Positions 1 to 12,138 of a stretch of 53,406 bases of DNA are shown piece after piece; the first letter of the stretch is position 1, and each line of letters begins with the position of its first letter. Origin of the DNA: Catajapyx aquilonaris (lineage: Eukaryota); contig KZ538692.1 of assembly GCA_000934665.2 (NCBI GenBank), positions 1 to 53,406 of the forward strand, given 5' to 3'. The notes under the pieces were generated by a model. That model was given only the letters and a program-made list of their open reading frames with translations. It searched no databases and had not been told where the DNA came from. Both the position numbers and the translations under genes were made by a program.

Positions 1-587
1 GGGGGGGTAAATCTCAAAACCGCGCAAATGGTCTTTTTGAAAGACGTAATTAAAGCGATTCGCCGATTTTCGTCAAAATCTGACAACCCAAGGGTCAATT
101 TTCCTTAAAAGCTCGGTGAATTGACATGGAATGACCCAGGTGCAAGTACAATGTCGGAAAATGGATCGTGTGCTGTTCCCCAGGAGGTTAGGTTGCCAGA
201 CACCTCCAAGGCGTGGGTCAGAGACCCTCTGCTCGCCTGTGTCAGCAGAAATATGTATGATTATTTCGCAATTCCTTCCGCCATGGCAATCAAATGGACA
301 TTTCGGAATCGCCGTTTTCCGTTCACAACTCGCTGTAAATGTCCTTTTTTGGGCGAAAATGGAAAAAAATACGAACTACGTACCCTGCGCCAAATCATCA
401 AGTTTTTTTTCGTACAATTTCTGTGTCAACTGAACCGTTTTTGCATCCGTACAGAGTGTATGTTTTCTGGAAAGAGGGTAGTTGTAGGAGGGGCCGGGGA
501 AGGGGGGGAGGTGGAAGGGGGGAGGGGTCGCACATTTATGGAAACATGTTTATGGGGTCGCAGTTGGTAAAAGGTTGGAAACCACTG
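1..587. mobile_element. Right part of a hAT-type non-autonomous element, same family as 37572-37812
   Basis: Ends in GGGGTCGCAGTTGGTAAAAGGTTGGAAACCACTG, the reverse complement of the left end of the TSD-flanked copy at 37572. The left end lies outside the window, so the left boundary is uncertain. Confidence 0.6.
125..245 (-). mobile_element. Internal fragment of SINE family A
   Basis: Reverse complement matches the body of the SINEs at 13037 and 21587 (AGGGTCTCTGACC...GGTGTCTGG.AACCT.ACCTCCTGGG...GACATTG.ACTTGCACC). Confidence 0.7.
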
Positions 588-1179
588 ATCTAACAGCTCT
601 CAAAATTAGCTCACATGCTAGTGAAGCTTTACTCACTGCCTGAGATTTTTATGGAGTGGGCCATCAAATGTCCTGCATCTGTACACCTCTCTTTAATGTC
701 ATAGGAGCAGTTAAATGTGCCAAAAAAACTACCAGCACAAAAATTTCATGTGCTCCAAAATGGTTACTTTACAATATATAGCAGAGGTCCCTACCAATCT
801 CATAGTTTGTCAGCTCCTGACGTGTTTCCCAATAGCCACACCCAGTAGGTTGTATGAGCAGAGAGGTCGTAAAGCAGAGATTTACATTCTCCATGAGGGG
901 TTTGCCATTACTTTGGAACCTCTTGCGAATCTAAATTTATATATACCAGATGAGTTTTAAAATTGCACGCAAAGTGCACCAGACCAAGCGCAGTCAACCT
1001 CCTTGCAGCTCCCATTGGGAAGGGCCTAGTGGTAATGTTTGCATATATGGATAGAAAGGTCCTGTGCTGCCTGTGTTAACCCTACAATGGTGATATACGA
1101 AAAGTTCTCCCTCTGGTGACGTGGCCACTTTTTGGGATATATAGCTAGCACATTTGGGCTTTATCTTTGAGACAATATA

Positions 1180-1465
1180 CAGGGTGTAAATCCTAAGCGT
1201 GTCACCAGAAAATATGGTGGTAGAGGGTGCAGGTGTGAGCATTTTTGCATAAGGAACTAGGGGTCGGAAACGCACCTGCCAAGCCCCCCTCACCCACTAA
1301 TCCGCCGCGTGCCGCATGCCTCTTGCACACTGCCGGCCGCAAACTTGAAAGGGGTGTAACTCGGTGAGGGTGCGTTTCCGACCCCTAGTTCCTTATGCAA
1401 AAATGCTCACACCTGCTCCCTCTACCACCATCTTTTCTGGTGACACGCTTAGGATTTACATCCTG
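1180..1465. mobile_element. Tc1/mariner-type MITE with about 97-bp TIRs
   Basis: TA|CAGGGTGTAAATCCTAAGCGTGTCACCAGAAAA...TTTTCTGGTGACACGCTTAGGATTTACATCCTG|TA, with TA target duplication. Confidence 0.85.
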
Positions 1466-1466
1466 T

Positions 1467-1818
1467 ATAATAATATAATATAATAATCCTTGGGTAGTGC
1501 CTGACCCTCTTGGGGTATGCAGCACGGACTTTATTGTATCTTTATTGTATTGTACATACAGTGTAACCTTAATTTTGAAGCGCCCAGGCCCACGGGCAGG
1601 ATGACAGGAGGGGATGTGCAAGGTGCAGTGCAATGTCTTGGGTGTTGTCATTTTGTGAACTCCCCCGGGTAGTTTGTCTTATCGGAGATACCACCCAAGA
1701 CGAAGCCAGAGATTGCCTAACTCTGCACGAGATGAAGGGGGAGACCCCGGGCTGGGATCGAACCCGGGACCTTAACATCCATGGGCGCATACGTTACCGC
1801 AGCGCCACTTTGCCTCCC
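1467..1818 (-). mobile_element. tRNA-derived SINE (family B)
   Basis: Minus strand shows A-box-like TGGCGCTGCGG, B-box GGTTCGATCCC and an ATT-rich tail at 1467-1487. Confidence 0.75.
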
Positions 1819-1838
1819 TTTGAGACAAAATGTGACTT

Positions 1839-2260
1839 GATTCCTTCTGCAATAAATGGCATTTAGTTTGCTTTTTTTTGAGCACATAGTGCAATCATTA
1901 AAAAATAAATTGTGCACCGATGCGTAGTTGAGGCAAAATTGTGCCCATGGCACTGATGCCGGACCGGTTTCCTTTTGAGCGCTCCCTATCAGTTCGAGAC
2001 TTAAAGGGGTTGTTCCCCTAATTTTTGAAGTCCCGGGAAGGCTGGCTACATTTTACAATAGCTCGGGTTTTCTATGTCTTCATGAATCACTAACAATAAG
2101 CTCAAGACTCCCTCAGTAAGCCAGCTGTGAGTCATTCTTGGAATGCAGTCTTGGCCCTCTTGGCCCCAACTCTACGTATCGGTGCATAATTTATTTTGTC
2201 CTGGTCGTGCAATTTGATCAAAAAATTTAAACTAAATGCCATTAATCGCGGATGGAATCA
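1839..2260. repeat. Diverged inverted repeat (arms about 1839-1947 and 2150-2260), DNA transposon remnant
   Basis: GATTCC...AATGGCATTTAGTTT...TGCACCGAT versus ATCGGTGCA...AAACTAAATGCCATT...GGAATC. Confidence 0.6.
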
Positions 2261-2857
2261 AACGAAGATGTCCTGAAATGTGAAGCTCATAGGTGCTATA
2301 TTTTCAATGTTATAGCAAAACTAGTGGCCTTGGTCACAAAAAGTGCCCACATCACCGTCTGAGCGTTAAGGGGGTTTCACAAAAAGATTTTGTGGCAGCG
2401 TGAAGTGTGAATCTGCGTGGTTAACTCGTTGCCGTGCAGTTCACATAAAAATTTTGTCACGTCTGTAGGGCTTAGGGCGAGTCAAGAACAGGCCGGCCAG
2501 AATTTGATGCGCCAAACGCTATTTGCCATGCAACATTTTTTTGTGAAACGAGCTGTAGTTCCTATAATGACCATCCACCCACTAATGAACAGGAAATATG
2601 CCTAGTAATCATGTCACCCAGACACTTATGGAGGTAGTGTACAACACTCTTACAGTGTAAAACACTTGAACTTCTTAGTACACAGTCCCTATCTAAATAT
2701 TTTTGCTTGGAGCTGTACTTAATGAACTTGGGGAATAATTTATTATGGTTTGCGTAAAAGGTTAGTGTGAAAATTATTAGGGTAGTGTACTGTACATTGA
2801 AGTCCTTGAAACCTAGGCATAGGGTCATCAACATTGATTTTTGAAATTTCTTTGCAG

Positions 2858-4197
2858 GTGCTCGTGACAAGCTGAGCCGCTGTGTTCCCCTTCGAGGTCG
2901 CACCTCTTCTTCAGGCACCTCACCTTCCCCTTCCACAACTCCTCCCCCCCTCCTTGCCCAAATTATGAGCATTCTCCAGTCCCTCTACACTCCACCATGG
3001 CTCTCCAATCGGTCTGTATCCCCCAAGTCACTTAGATCTGTCATAGATGGTATAAACCCTGCTCCAAACCTGGATGATGCTGAGATCCACTCTGAGAGTC
3101 TCCACTACTTGGACCTATTTGGAGGTGACCGTGCTGTTGTTGGATATCTTTTGGAGCGACGACACATCAAAGAAGCACTAGAGCATTCTAGGAAAGTAGA
3201 TCCTCACGTTGCAGCACAGGCCCTAGGCATGGCAGCATTCAAATGTGGATGGGGTCCTAGGCTAATGGCTGATATAGGAGACCCATCTGAGTGGGTCCCA
3301 TTTCTTCTGGCATTGTGCCGGCAATTGGATCGAGCAGGTTGGTTTCACTGCTTGTTGCAAGTACAGGAGCATTGTCAGGACCACCTAAGGGCTGCCTTGA
3401 CATGTGTGAGATTGTTTTTAGCACCTGCATCTGACTATCAATGTTTGTTACAACGTGTGGGGTGGATACAGAAAGGTGTGGAGCACCTAAAACAAGCTGG
3501 GGTCTCTGACACTGAAAGCCAGTCCATACCATTGCGACTTCCTAGAGACAAAGTGGAACAACAGCTGCTTGCATTTGAGATTCAGTCTGAAGTGACACAA
3601 TACTTATCATCACGGTATGTACACTTCAGGCATCATAGTCTGGGTTTGCGTGAAAACCCCGAGTCAGGAGTGCCTACTGTTTTAGGGAACAGGCATGAAA
3701 AACGTGCTGTTTCCATCCTTTGTTTGGTATGCTCTGGACGTAACCTGGAAGAGGGCTTTAGAATAACTCGTCGCATAGTGCAAGAATGGGGATTGAACCC
3801 ACACAGCATATTTGAGATGTCTTCCTGCCTTGATCTTGAGCATGATTCAACCAGATTTATCCCCAGGCTTGAGCTTCTGTGTAAGTGCATTTTGGACCAG
3901 GGTGGGCCTGAAGCGCAGAAGATTGCAGATTCAGTTGCATCCAAAGTGGCATGTAAGGCTGCCTCGAAAGGCATCAAAGGAGATAGGTTGGACCGGGTAC
4001 TGATGCAAGTGAAAGATCCTCAGGCTAAGCTTGATGCATTGGTGCATTGTGGCCGTCTTAAGTCAGCATATGTTTTGGCAGTGCACAAGGGTTGGGTGGA
4101 TCATGTGAGGAAGATTTTGGACAAGGCAGAGGACATGGGAGTTGAACAGGTAGCTATGTTGTGTCGGAGATGGCTGCAGCAAAGAGCCAGTAAGTGA
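2858..4197 (+). CDS. ZFYVE26: Zinc finger FYVE domain-containing protein 26 (spastizin) homolog, terminal coding exon; upstream exons not identified in the window
   Basis: Acceptor TTTCTTTGCAG at 2857. The frame reads ARDKLSRC... (cf. AREKFSRC in spastizin) and ends LDALVHCGRLKSAYVLAV...AMLCRRWL, resembling the spastizin C-terminus (LRSAYLIAV...ICAQWL). DHLRAALTCVRLF motif present. Confidence 0.85.
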
Positions 4198-4459
4198 CCA
4201 GAAGCCTCAGACTCGTTTTGGATTGTGGGGAGATAATCCAACCAGTGGGGAAATAAGTCAAAGATTTGTTTACTCTCATTGTATAGTGACTTGTACAGTT
4301 GTGTCGTGCTTTTAAGACTCATATTGTTAGAAAAGCAACATGTGAGGTTATTTCAAATTATAATCCTATGCACACCACGTACAGTGACACCTGCCTGTAG
4401 TGGAGTCACTACATTCCAGGAAAAGACGTGCCCATTATACTGTATATTACAAAAATACA

Positions 4460-4555
4460 TAAGGTGAAGTGGGGGAAGTGCACACCCGGGGTAAGTGCAC
4501 ATATTGCACAATATGTGCACTTACCCCAGGTGTGCACTTCCCCCACTTCACCTTA
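4460..4555. mobile_element. Short palindromic MITE
   Basis: TAAGGTGAAGTGGGGGAAGTGCACACC...GGTGTGCACTTCCCCCACTTCACCTTA, a near-perfect hairpin. Confidence 0.75.
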
Positions 4556-5445
4556 ATTATATTATTTTCTGTTGTGAGCAAACCAAGATTTTTTAATGGA
4601 CAAGTTTCTACTGACTCCACTGGTCTCTTTCAAAAGAATTATAAGAGGAGGCTGGTTTTACTGTGTAATGAGACCTCATGGAGTTCTGCAGATTGAATTG
4701 TCTGATTATTACCAATAGATTATACAGTATCCATCAACAATGGCTACACTACTGTGCCTTTTTGTCACGAAGCTTATCATATTAATTTAGATTGCCCCCT
4801 TGTGATAATGGGAGCAGGGCATCTGTGGATACCAGATGAAATGGATATCACATAGCACTGTCAATCTATTGTATCATATTGAATCCATTGCATTTGGTCC
4901 CCCATAGACGTCCTCCCTAGATCTCCAATGGGTGTGATCTAAACATGCTGTCTTAAGATCTCAGGACTTTAAACCTCCAATGGTGCTGTGACGAGTTTTC
5001 GTCTCCTTGTGTGATGACTGCGAACTGGCTACCAATTCTATTTATTACTATTTACTCCCATGCAGAAACTATTAAGATGAACCAAGTTAATAATAAGGGT
5101 GACATTTGGATTATTAGGGAAGGGCCAAATCAGAGCCAAAAATAATATCACGAGATTGCAGTATTCTTGCCATTGAAGGGAAATAAGAACACAACTTGTG
5201 GATAAAATAAGTACCTTTGGAACAGGAACAGTTGACTATGCTACATTTTGATGTTACTATTGCTTATTGAGAGATATTGCATCTCAAAGTTAAGATCGCG
5301 GTCTGTAAGACAAGGCCCTTCCCACCACATACCTTTTACATGGTAAGCAAAACTTGCACCATGGCATGCCTGAATAACAGGAAGGCAAGAAAGGAAAGCA
5401 AGTAAATGTTTGCTTGTCCACTTGGCGGATGGGTGCAGTGCAGGA

Positions 5446-5555
5446 CGAGGGGTTATTCACTTACATTTTTTTGCATACACGGTCTACCCTCGGACTACAC
5501 CCTCGGACTACCCACGAAGGTGTACACTGACTACCCTTAGTGAATAACCCCTCGG
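5446..5555. mobile_element. Small TIR element with internal CCCTCGGACTAC subrepeats
   Basis: CGAGGGGTTATTCACT...AGTGAATAACCCCTCG termini. Confidence 0.65.
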
Positions 5556-6323
5556 TACAGGATTATTGAACTTGTAACATAGACCACTGTTCCTCTAAAG
5601 TACTCAAATGGAGAGCCATGTTACTGAACATTATGTCAATGGGATTGAGGATGAACGACGTGATGTGTAGGTAATTATATCTTGCTGAGAATGCATAGGC
5701 TTCCAAGTGAGAATGACAGGGTAGAGGGGGGACTGGGATGGTATATCAATACATGGTACAGTACTATGGTTCTACTGAGAAAAAGGCATATTGTGATGCG
5801 GATGATAAGGCTAGGCAAGTGTAAGGAAAACATGACCTTATCTCAATGTGCAGGATGGCAGATTGTCATGCCAGAAAAGTGGAAACCAAATTGTTGGCAT
5901 GTAATAATTAGAGGAGAGCACCATAATGTTATTAGGGATTTAGGCTATGTATAAAAAATGTGTCAGAGAGTATTCTTGTACAGGGTTGCAGCAATGATTT
6001 TTTAGTCAGCATAAGGTTTCCATGGTACTGGAAATACTGCTATGTGATGGGATTCCTGGCAATTGCTCACATTTGGGCATGCACTATTTGATTATTCCAG
6101 TCAATCCAGAATTCTTTGACCATCATGCTCTACTCTGCCAAGGCAACTGCATTCTCATCTTCCTGAGACTATGTGCTGCTTCCTGTCACATCCCCCAATT
6201 CAAAACCTCCTCTCATAGTCAGCTTGAAATGCTTCAAGTTGTTCAAGTGTGTGAATGATCGTGTTATGAAGTTAGAGAAATTTAGTTGTTTCACTATGAA
6301 TGGATACTACCTTGCTACTACTA

Positions 6324-6987
6324 CAGGGTGATTCTCTCGAATGGAAACCCAAACATTCCTCAATAACTTTTTAACTATGGTGTGGTTCCTGATGAAAATT
6401 GACTTATACTTACCTTGTACCATGCCAAACAAGATCCGACTAAAGAATATACCAAAAGTGGTCCCCTCCAGCATCCAGGAATTTTTTAATGCGAGTCTGC
6501 ATCTTTACCGAAGACTCCTGCCTACTGGCGGCGGGCATTGCCTCCATCTCCCGCCAGCCAAGCGCCATAGGGGGGTTCACAACTAGCTGACGATAGCATA
6601 TGAAACGAACGAAACGAAATAGTGGACCAATCAGAGCCCACTTGAGGATGACTAAAAGTGACTTTCACTTTTGGGCTCTGATTGGTCCACTATTTCGTTT
6701 CGTTCGTGTCGTATGCTACCGTCAGCTAGTTGTGAACCCCCCTACGGCGCTTGGCTGGCGGGAGATGGAGGCAATGCCCGCCGCCAGATCTGCAGGAGTC
6801 TTCGGCTATATGCAGACTCGCATTTAAAATTTTTGGATGCTGGAGGGGACCACTTTTGGTATATTCTTTAGTCGGACCTTGTTTGGCATGGTACAAGATA
6901 AGTACAAGTCAATTTTTATCGGGAACCATACCATAGTTAAAAAGTTATTGAGGAATGTTTGGGTTTCCATTCGAGACAATCACCCTG
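6324..6987. mobile_element. 664-bp fully palindromic Tc1/mariner-type MITE
   Basis: TA|CAGGGTGATT...AATCACCCTG|TA. Arms of about 317 bp pair almost perfectly around a loop of about 30 nt (6641-6670). Confidence 0.9.
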
Positions 6988-7160
6988 TAGTATATCTGAC
7001 GGGTAGGCCATGCATTAGCTTGGCTCTATGCATATTATGTATGCACAAGATTAAGTGAATATTCTAATATGGCAATATATTGTGATGTAGAAGCTGTTTT
7101 TTGTGCTTTGTGACAAAAAGGAACCCTTGTCGATCAATCTCATATGGCAAGGGAATACCA

Positions 7161-7368
7161 AATTAATTGATATTAGGGAGGTTGGCCCAGGATTGCCTTT
7201 CAACCTCCAAGGATAGGGAAGGAAGGAAGCAGCCGTGGCCTATTATACGGAAGCGACCCCAGAATTATCCTAGAAAGACCGTGGAAAACCACAGAAAACC
7301 ACGGTCAGGGTTGCCGACCCCGGGATTCGAACCCAGGACGCCTTATCCACCATGCCAACCTGCTTCGG
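7161..7368 (-). mobile_element. tRNA-derived SINE (family C) with 16-bp TSD
   Basis: TGGCAAGGGAATACCA is duplicated at 7145-7160 and 7369-7384. B-box GGTTCGAATCC on the minus strand. Second copy at 44228. Confidence 0.9.
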
Positions 7369-8139
7369 TGGCAAGGGAATACCAGAAAATTCTCATTTAG
7401 CTGGTGTTCTCTGGAAATGTTTGCTGTCCATGCATCTCAGTCAGCTGCGTTACCTACTCTGAAGGCACACTCTGAACAGACGTGCATTTCACAGACCTTG
7501 CCGTGGAACTCAGTAGGTGCCTGGCATGGAGATGTGACCATTTGACTAACTTTTAACTTCAGATAATTTGTTATAATAATTTAGGTTGTATCAAACTGGT
7601 CTTTGCCATGAAATTCAGGGCTGTGATGTGTATTTTCTCAGATCTGCTGCTTGAGGAAATTGAAGTTATCGTTAACATTTTATTAGCTGACAGAAGTGCC
7701 ATGAGCATATAACTATTATAACTTATGATTCCCATGTGAAAACAGGCCTGGCGCATATCTTCGGGAGTATTTGAAGGATGCACCTTTGAAAATTTTCATT
7801 CAAGAACACATGCAGCATACAAAGTACTATTTGTAAGTACAATGTAGCAGATTTTTGTACGGTACTGGTAAACCTGTAGAGAACATTTTTCTCGTAAATT
7901 TTACTTCACCATTGGGTGCCGAACCACTAGCTACTGATATACATATATATGGTGATGCAATTGAATGTGAATTATTATGTAGAAAAGTGATTCTGTTTGT
8001 GCATCCCCTTCTTTTTTTGTTGTATGTGAGCATGTGTTGCAACAACATGTATATGGACATGGCACTAACACTAAGTTGGAAATTATTTATCCTTAGTGCA
8101 AGGGAAATTATTCATATTTTATATGGTTCCACATTTATA

Positions 8140-8393
8140 CAGTGTTGGACATTAATCGCGTCATACTGCTTGCGACATTTCTGATGCGGCAGAAGTGCAA
8201 ATCGAAGTGATAGAGTGTGAGCCGTGCGAGTAAGAAGAGGTAGGCCTTGAGTGACGTCACCGGCTTGGGGGAAATGGAGAAAAGGTTTGTCCCCAGCCAG
8301 TGACGTTACCCAAGGGCATCTTACTCGCACAGCTCGCACTCTATCACTTCTATTAGCACGTCTGCAGTATGATGGAATTAATGTCCAGCACTG
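8140..8393. mobile_element. Palindromic Tc1-type MITE
   Basis: TA|CAGTGTTGGACATTAAT...ATTAATGTCCAGCACTG|TA, with internal arms GTGATAGAGTGTGAGCCGTGCGAGTAAGA / TCTTACTCGCACAGCTCGCACTCTATCAC. Confidence 0.8.
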
Positions 8394-9123
8394 TACATGT
8401 TATTTTGCATTTTAAGAGTTTATGGAATGTTACATATTGTATGGATTTATAAAGGTGGTTTGATACTCACAAGTGTTTATTATTTACTTTTATTACTTAT
8501 TCATGTACCCAATGATTAGCTCATACCATGGGAGGGGTATATTTCAAACACCTTGTAGATCTTTCTTTCAGGGTTAGAGAGTAAATCATGACTGGGTCTA
8601 AACATTTTCCATTGTATTGCACCAGCACACCATAGATGGTGTATCACATTATCCTCTTTTATTGAGAAAATACCATGCCTCACATTAGCCCAGTGTGAGG
8701 CTATTTTAGACACACATTCCTCTTTTGGCATTTAAAAGTTCAAAAATGATTTCACCCCAAAGTCAACAATATAGTACTTCAGCTCACCCTTCACACAATA
8801 AAAAAGAATGCAGCAAAAAAAAAAAAATGTCAGTCTATTGAAGATTGTCAAGCTAACAGGAAATCTGATGGGATGGTATCAGGTTCTTTGATTTGAGAGT
8901 TTCGAGAAAAATGGCAATCATGATAAATTAGGTTATCTGATATAAATTTATTTAATTTTGTAATTGTTCGCGCTAGTGCCCGACTTTCAATAATCCTTCT
9001 AATCCAGTAAGTAAACGGAGAGAAAAAAAAAAGAGCCTTTAATTTTGAATTTAGCCGCCAACCCGTACTCACTGCTAATGGCTATTAGCAGCTATATGCA
9101 ACCGCGATGCGAATTTTGTTCTT

Positions 9124-11443
9124 ATGGGACATACCAAGATGGCTCCTGGTAAGCGTGCACGATATTCGGCGCATCAAAAAGTGAATATCAATCCGGCACC
9201 AGACACGATCACCTCAGAGAATTTAGATGAGTTACATCCTGGGGCTGTAGAAAGACATAAAGCAGAGACACAGCCCGCTAGTTGGAAGTCCGGAAGGTCA
9301 ATCGACGACTCCAGTAACAAAATGTTGATGGCACCTGTGTCGTCAGACGATGACCAGAGCGACGGGGAAGAAGAAGCTGATGCAGGGCCAACCTTTGAGG
9401 AGGAGCAGGTAAGTTGGTTATACCGGTTGCCAGTGTGCATCATTATACACTCAGGTTAAAGTCATGGGGAGGACCTTTGCCCTACCGTTGGCAGTTGGAT
9501 GGCACTGCTGCATTTCATAAGAGCCCATGAGAAGTGCAATATGGTGCCAGTTTATAGCTGTGTTCTGTGTAGCCTTGTAGTCAAAGGCTGTGCTATATCA
9601 TTTGACATCTGAAGGTCTAAGATAATTTTTTGGTTCCAGAAAGAGTTTCATGAGGAATTGTCCCACCTGACATTTGCTCAACTTCAAGCCTTGAAGGACA
9701 AATTGGGGACCAGGGCATACAAACAAGCAGTGTTTGGAGTTCCGGAACAGCGCAAGAAGAGGAGGCGGAAGCAGTCTGAGTTTGTGAGAGAGTCAAAGTC
9801 AATGCCAGTGGAACTGCCGTCCAAGAAACGTGTTACTTCTTACCGCAAAATTTGCGAATACACAAAACCCAGACCTAGGGATCCCCGATATGATTTCCAG
9901 TGTGGAAAATTCAACAAAGAGGTATGCATTAATTTTTTAGTTTACTTGGACATAGTTTCTTCAGGGTCATCGAAAAAGAATGCGCGTATTTTAAAACCCT
10001 ATAACAGGGGTATTCAACTAGTTTATGACAAGGGCCAGTATTTACCTTACCTGGGCCATTGAAGGGGAGATTTGACTGGGTGTGTATTTGATGAAATTGG
10101 TAGCACTTTTTTCAAGAAATCATGAATTAGTAATTTATCATGCTATTTCAAACTGTCCTGTATATTGTCGCGGTCCGGACAAAATTGCGTTGCGGTCTGG
10201 ATCCAGACCGCGGTCCGCCATGTGAATAGCCCTGCCCTATAACTTGGAAACTTGTAGACACATCTAAATGATTTAAGTTTTGAAATGCTAAGAAAGTTCT
10301 AAAGTTTTGGTCTTACCATAGTTTGTTTCGATATGAGCTCCATTTGTCGCTCGAAAAATATCAATACGGTAATCGATGTCATGCCTAACCGGGTCAGACA
10401 GGTCTGGCGTTACTGTTGAAATCTTTTCCCGTAGGTGCTGGAGATGCCGAATCTTTTCATCATGCATGTGTCGCCACAAAAAAGTCAATTGGGGTCAGAT
10501 CTGGGCTTCTGTTGGGGCTATGCATTGAGAAACTTCTCATTCAAGACTTCGCACACTGGGACGCCGAACAAATGAAACTTTCCTACGGCAGGTTTGTTTC
10601 ATTGATGAAGCGCCTTTTAATGTGCATCATCAAGAACAATGTGTGTGGTGTAGCGACCCATCATATCCAGCACCTATGGAATAGGATTGCAATGGTAACA
10701 CCAGATATGATTAAGTGGGTTTGGCACGAGACCGAATACTGCCTTTTAAAATCTGCCGAGCAACAAATAAAGCTCATATTGAAACAAACTAAAGTGAGAC
10801 CAAAACTTTAGACCTTCCTTAGCATTTTAAAACTTAAATGATTAAGGTGTCTACAAGTCTTTGAGTTATATGGTTTTAAAATGCTGGCATTCTTTTCCGA
10901 TGACCCTGTACATATGTTAAAATGCCCCATGAACTTGGAACACCCAGTATATTACCTGGGGTCACAAATGGTATCTTTCGAACTATAGCTCAAAAAGTTT
11001 CTAAAAATAGCAAAGAGGAACAAACCAAAAGTTCATTGCCTCTCTCTTTCACACAGGAATTTGAAGATAACTACAGCTTCTTGAAAGAGTTGCGTACAAA
11101 GGAGCAGATGCTAATGAAAAAGCAGCTTCATAAAGAAAAGGATGAAGAGAAAAAGCAAAAGATCAAAGTGGCAGTGCAACGCATGGCCAACCAGGATAGG
11201 GAGGAGGACAAGAGGAAGAAACGGGCTGATGCAGAGAGGTTGGAAAGAATATCCCAAGCAGAGAGGGTGAAGGAGGGTAAGAAACCGTTCTTCCTCAAGA
11301 AGAGCATCAAGCGAAAGTTAGAACTGGCTGAAAAGTTTGAGAAGCTGAAGAAAGCTGGACAACTTGACAAGTATATGCAGAAGAGGAGGAAGAAGGTTGC
11401 AGCTGGTGAAAGAAAGTCACTGTATAATAATGTGCGAAAATAG
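9124..11443 (+). CDS. RRP36: rRNA biogenesis protein RRP36 homolog; exons 9124-9408, 9640-9921, 11057-11443 (about 317 aa; start could be ATG 9139)
   Basis: All phase-0 GT-AG introns. Motifs LSHLTFAQLQALKDKLGTRAY, PVELPSKKRV, RDPRYD, YSFL, EGKKPFFLKKS and LDKYMQKRRKK are typical of RRP36. Confidence 0.92.
9962..10908. mobile_element. Mariner/Tc1-derived deletion element in RRP36 intron 2 with transposase C-terminal remnants
   Basis: TIRs CAGGGTCATCG.AAAAGAATGC / GCATTCTTTTCCGATGACCCTG. Minus strand encodes FLW...LQHLREKI..VTPD...IDYRIDIFRATNGAHIE, the C-terminus typical of mariner-like transposases. Confidence 0.8.
10005..10234. mobile_element. hAT-type MITE nested in the left arm of the mariner element
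   Basis: 8-bp TSD CCCTATAA at 9997-10004 and 10235-10242; termini CAGGGGTATTCA / TGAATAGCCCTG. Confidence 0.85.
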
Positions 11444-11989
11444 ACACTTGTTTCGTAAGTATACATTCTGTAAGTGATTAAGATGGGTAATCCTGGCCTT
11501 GTATGGTGGAGAACAACTTGAAATAAAATAAGCTTACACTTTAAAATACAGGTGGTCTGTTTCCATTAACTCTCACCCTGAAGAGGGGTTTTCAGATGGT
11601 AGCCTTGTCAGAAATAACTTTGAATGTGATTAATCTTAATCTTCGGACGGTGACATGGACTCTTTGTGACTAATGCCACTTTTTTTGCTATAACTTCCTG
11701 AGACCCGAGAATAATTTTTAATGCAATGTCAGTTCCTATTGCATTTTCTGAACATTTTCCCAACAAGAAACTAGAAAAAAATTTTAGTTTTAAAATATTG
11801 ACCAAAATAATGACAAACAGCCAATGAGAACATTAGGACCTAATTGCTGCTACAGAAGCAGAACGGATGAAAGCTGAATTTAAATTCCACTTAATGGATC
11901 ACTAACATAGTGCTCTATCCTCCAAACAATGTTTTTTAAATTCATTTGTGGAATTCGTGGTTGCTCCTTCCCTTCTTACCCAATAGCAT

Positions 11990-12138
11990 GGTACTATCAG
12001 TCCACCAAGAATTGTCGCAGCGGCAGCGCACGAACTACAGTTACGAGCACTTCCGGGGGGAGAAGTCAATGGAGAAGTGCTCGTAGACTGTAGTTCGTGC
12101 CCTGCCATTGCGACAATTCTTGGTGGACTGATAGTACC
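11990..12138. mobile_element. Palindromic MITE, copy 1
   Basis: GGTACTATCAGTCCACCAAGAATTGTCG...CGACAATTCTTGGTGGACTGATAGTACC; second copy at 17893. Confidence 0.85.

Noticed and set aside
4620..6280. Degenerate LINE reverse-transcriptase remnants (PVPK and SPLLF on the minus strand; an SGV-like stretch near 14840)
   Set aside because: Only 4-5 residue motifs without continuous frames; cannot be supported without a profile search.
6341..7058. Cluster of overlapping short ORFs
   Set aside because: They lie almost entirely within the palindromic MITE and show no protein motifs.
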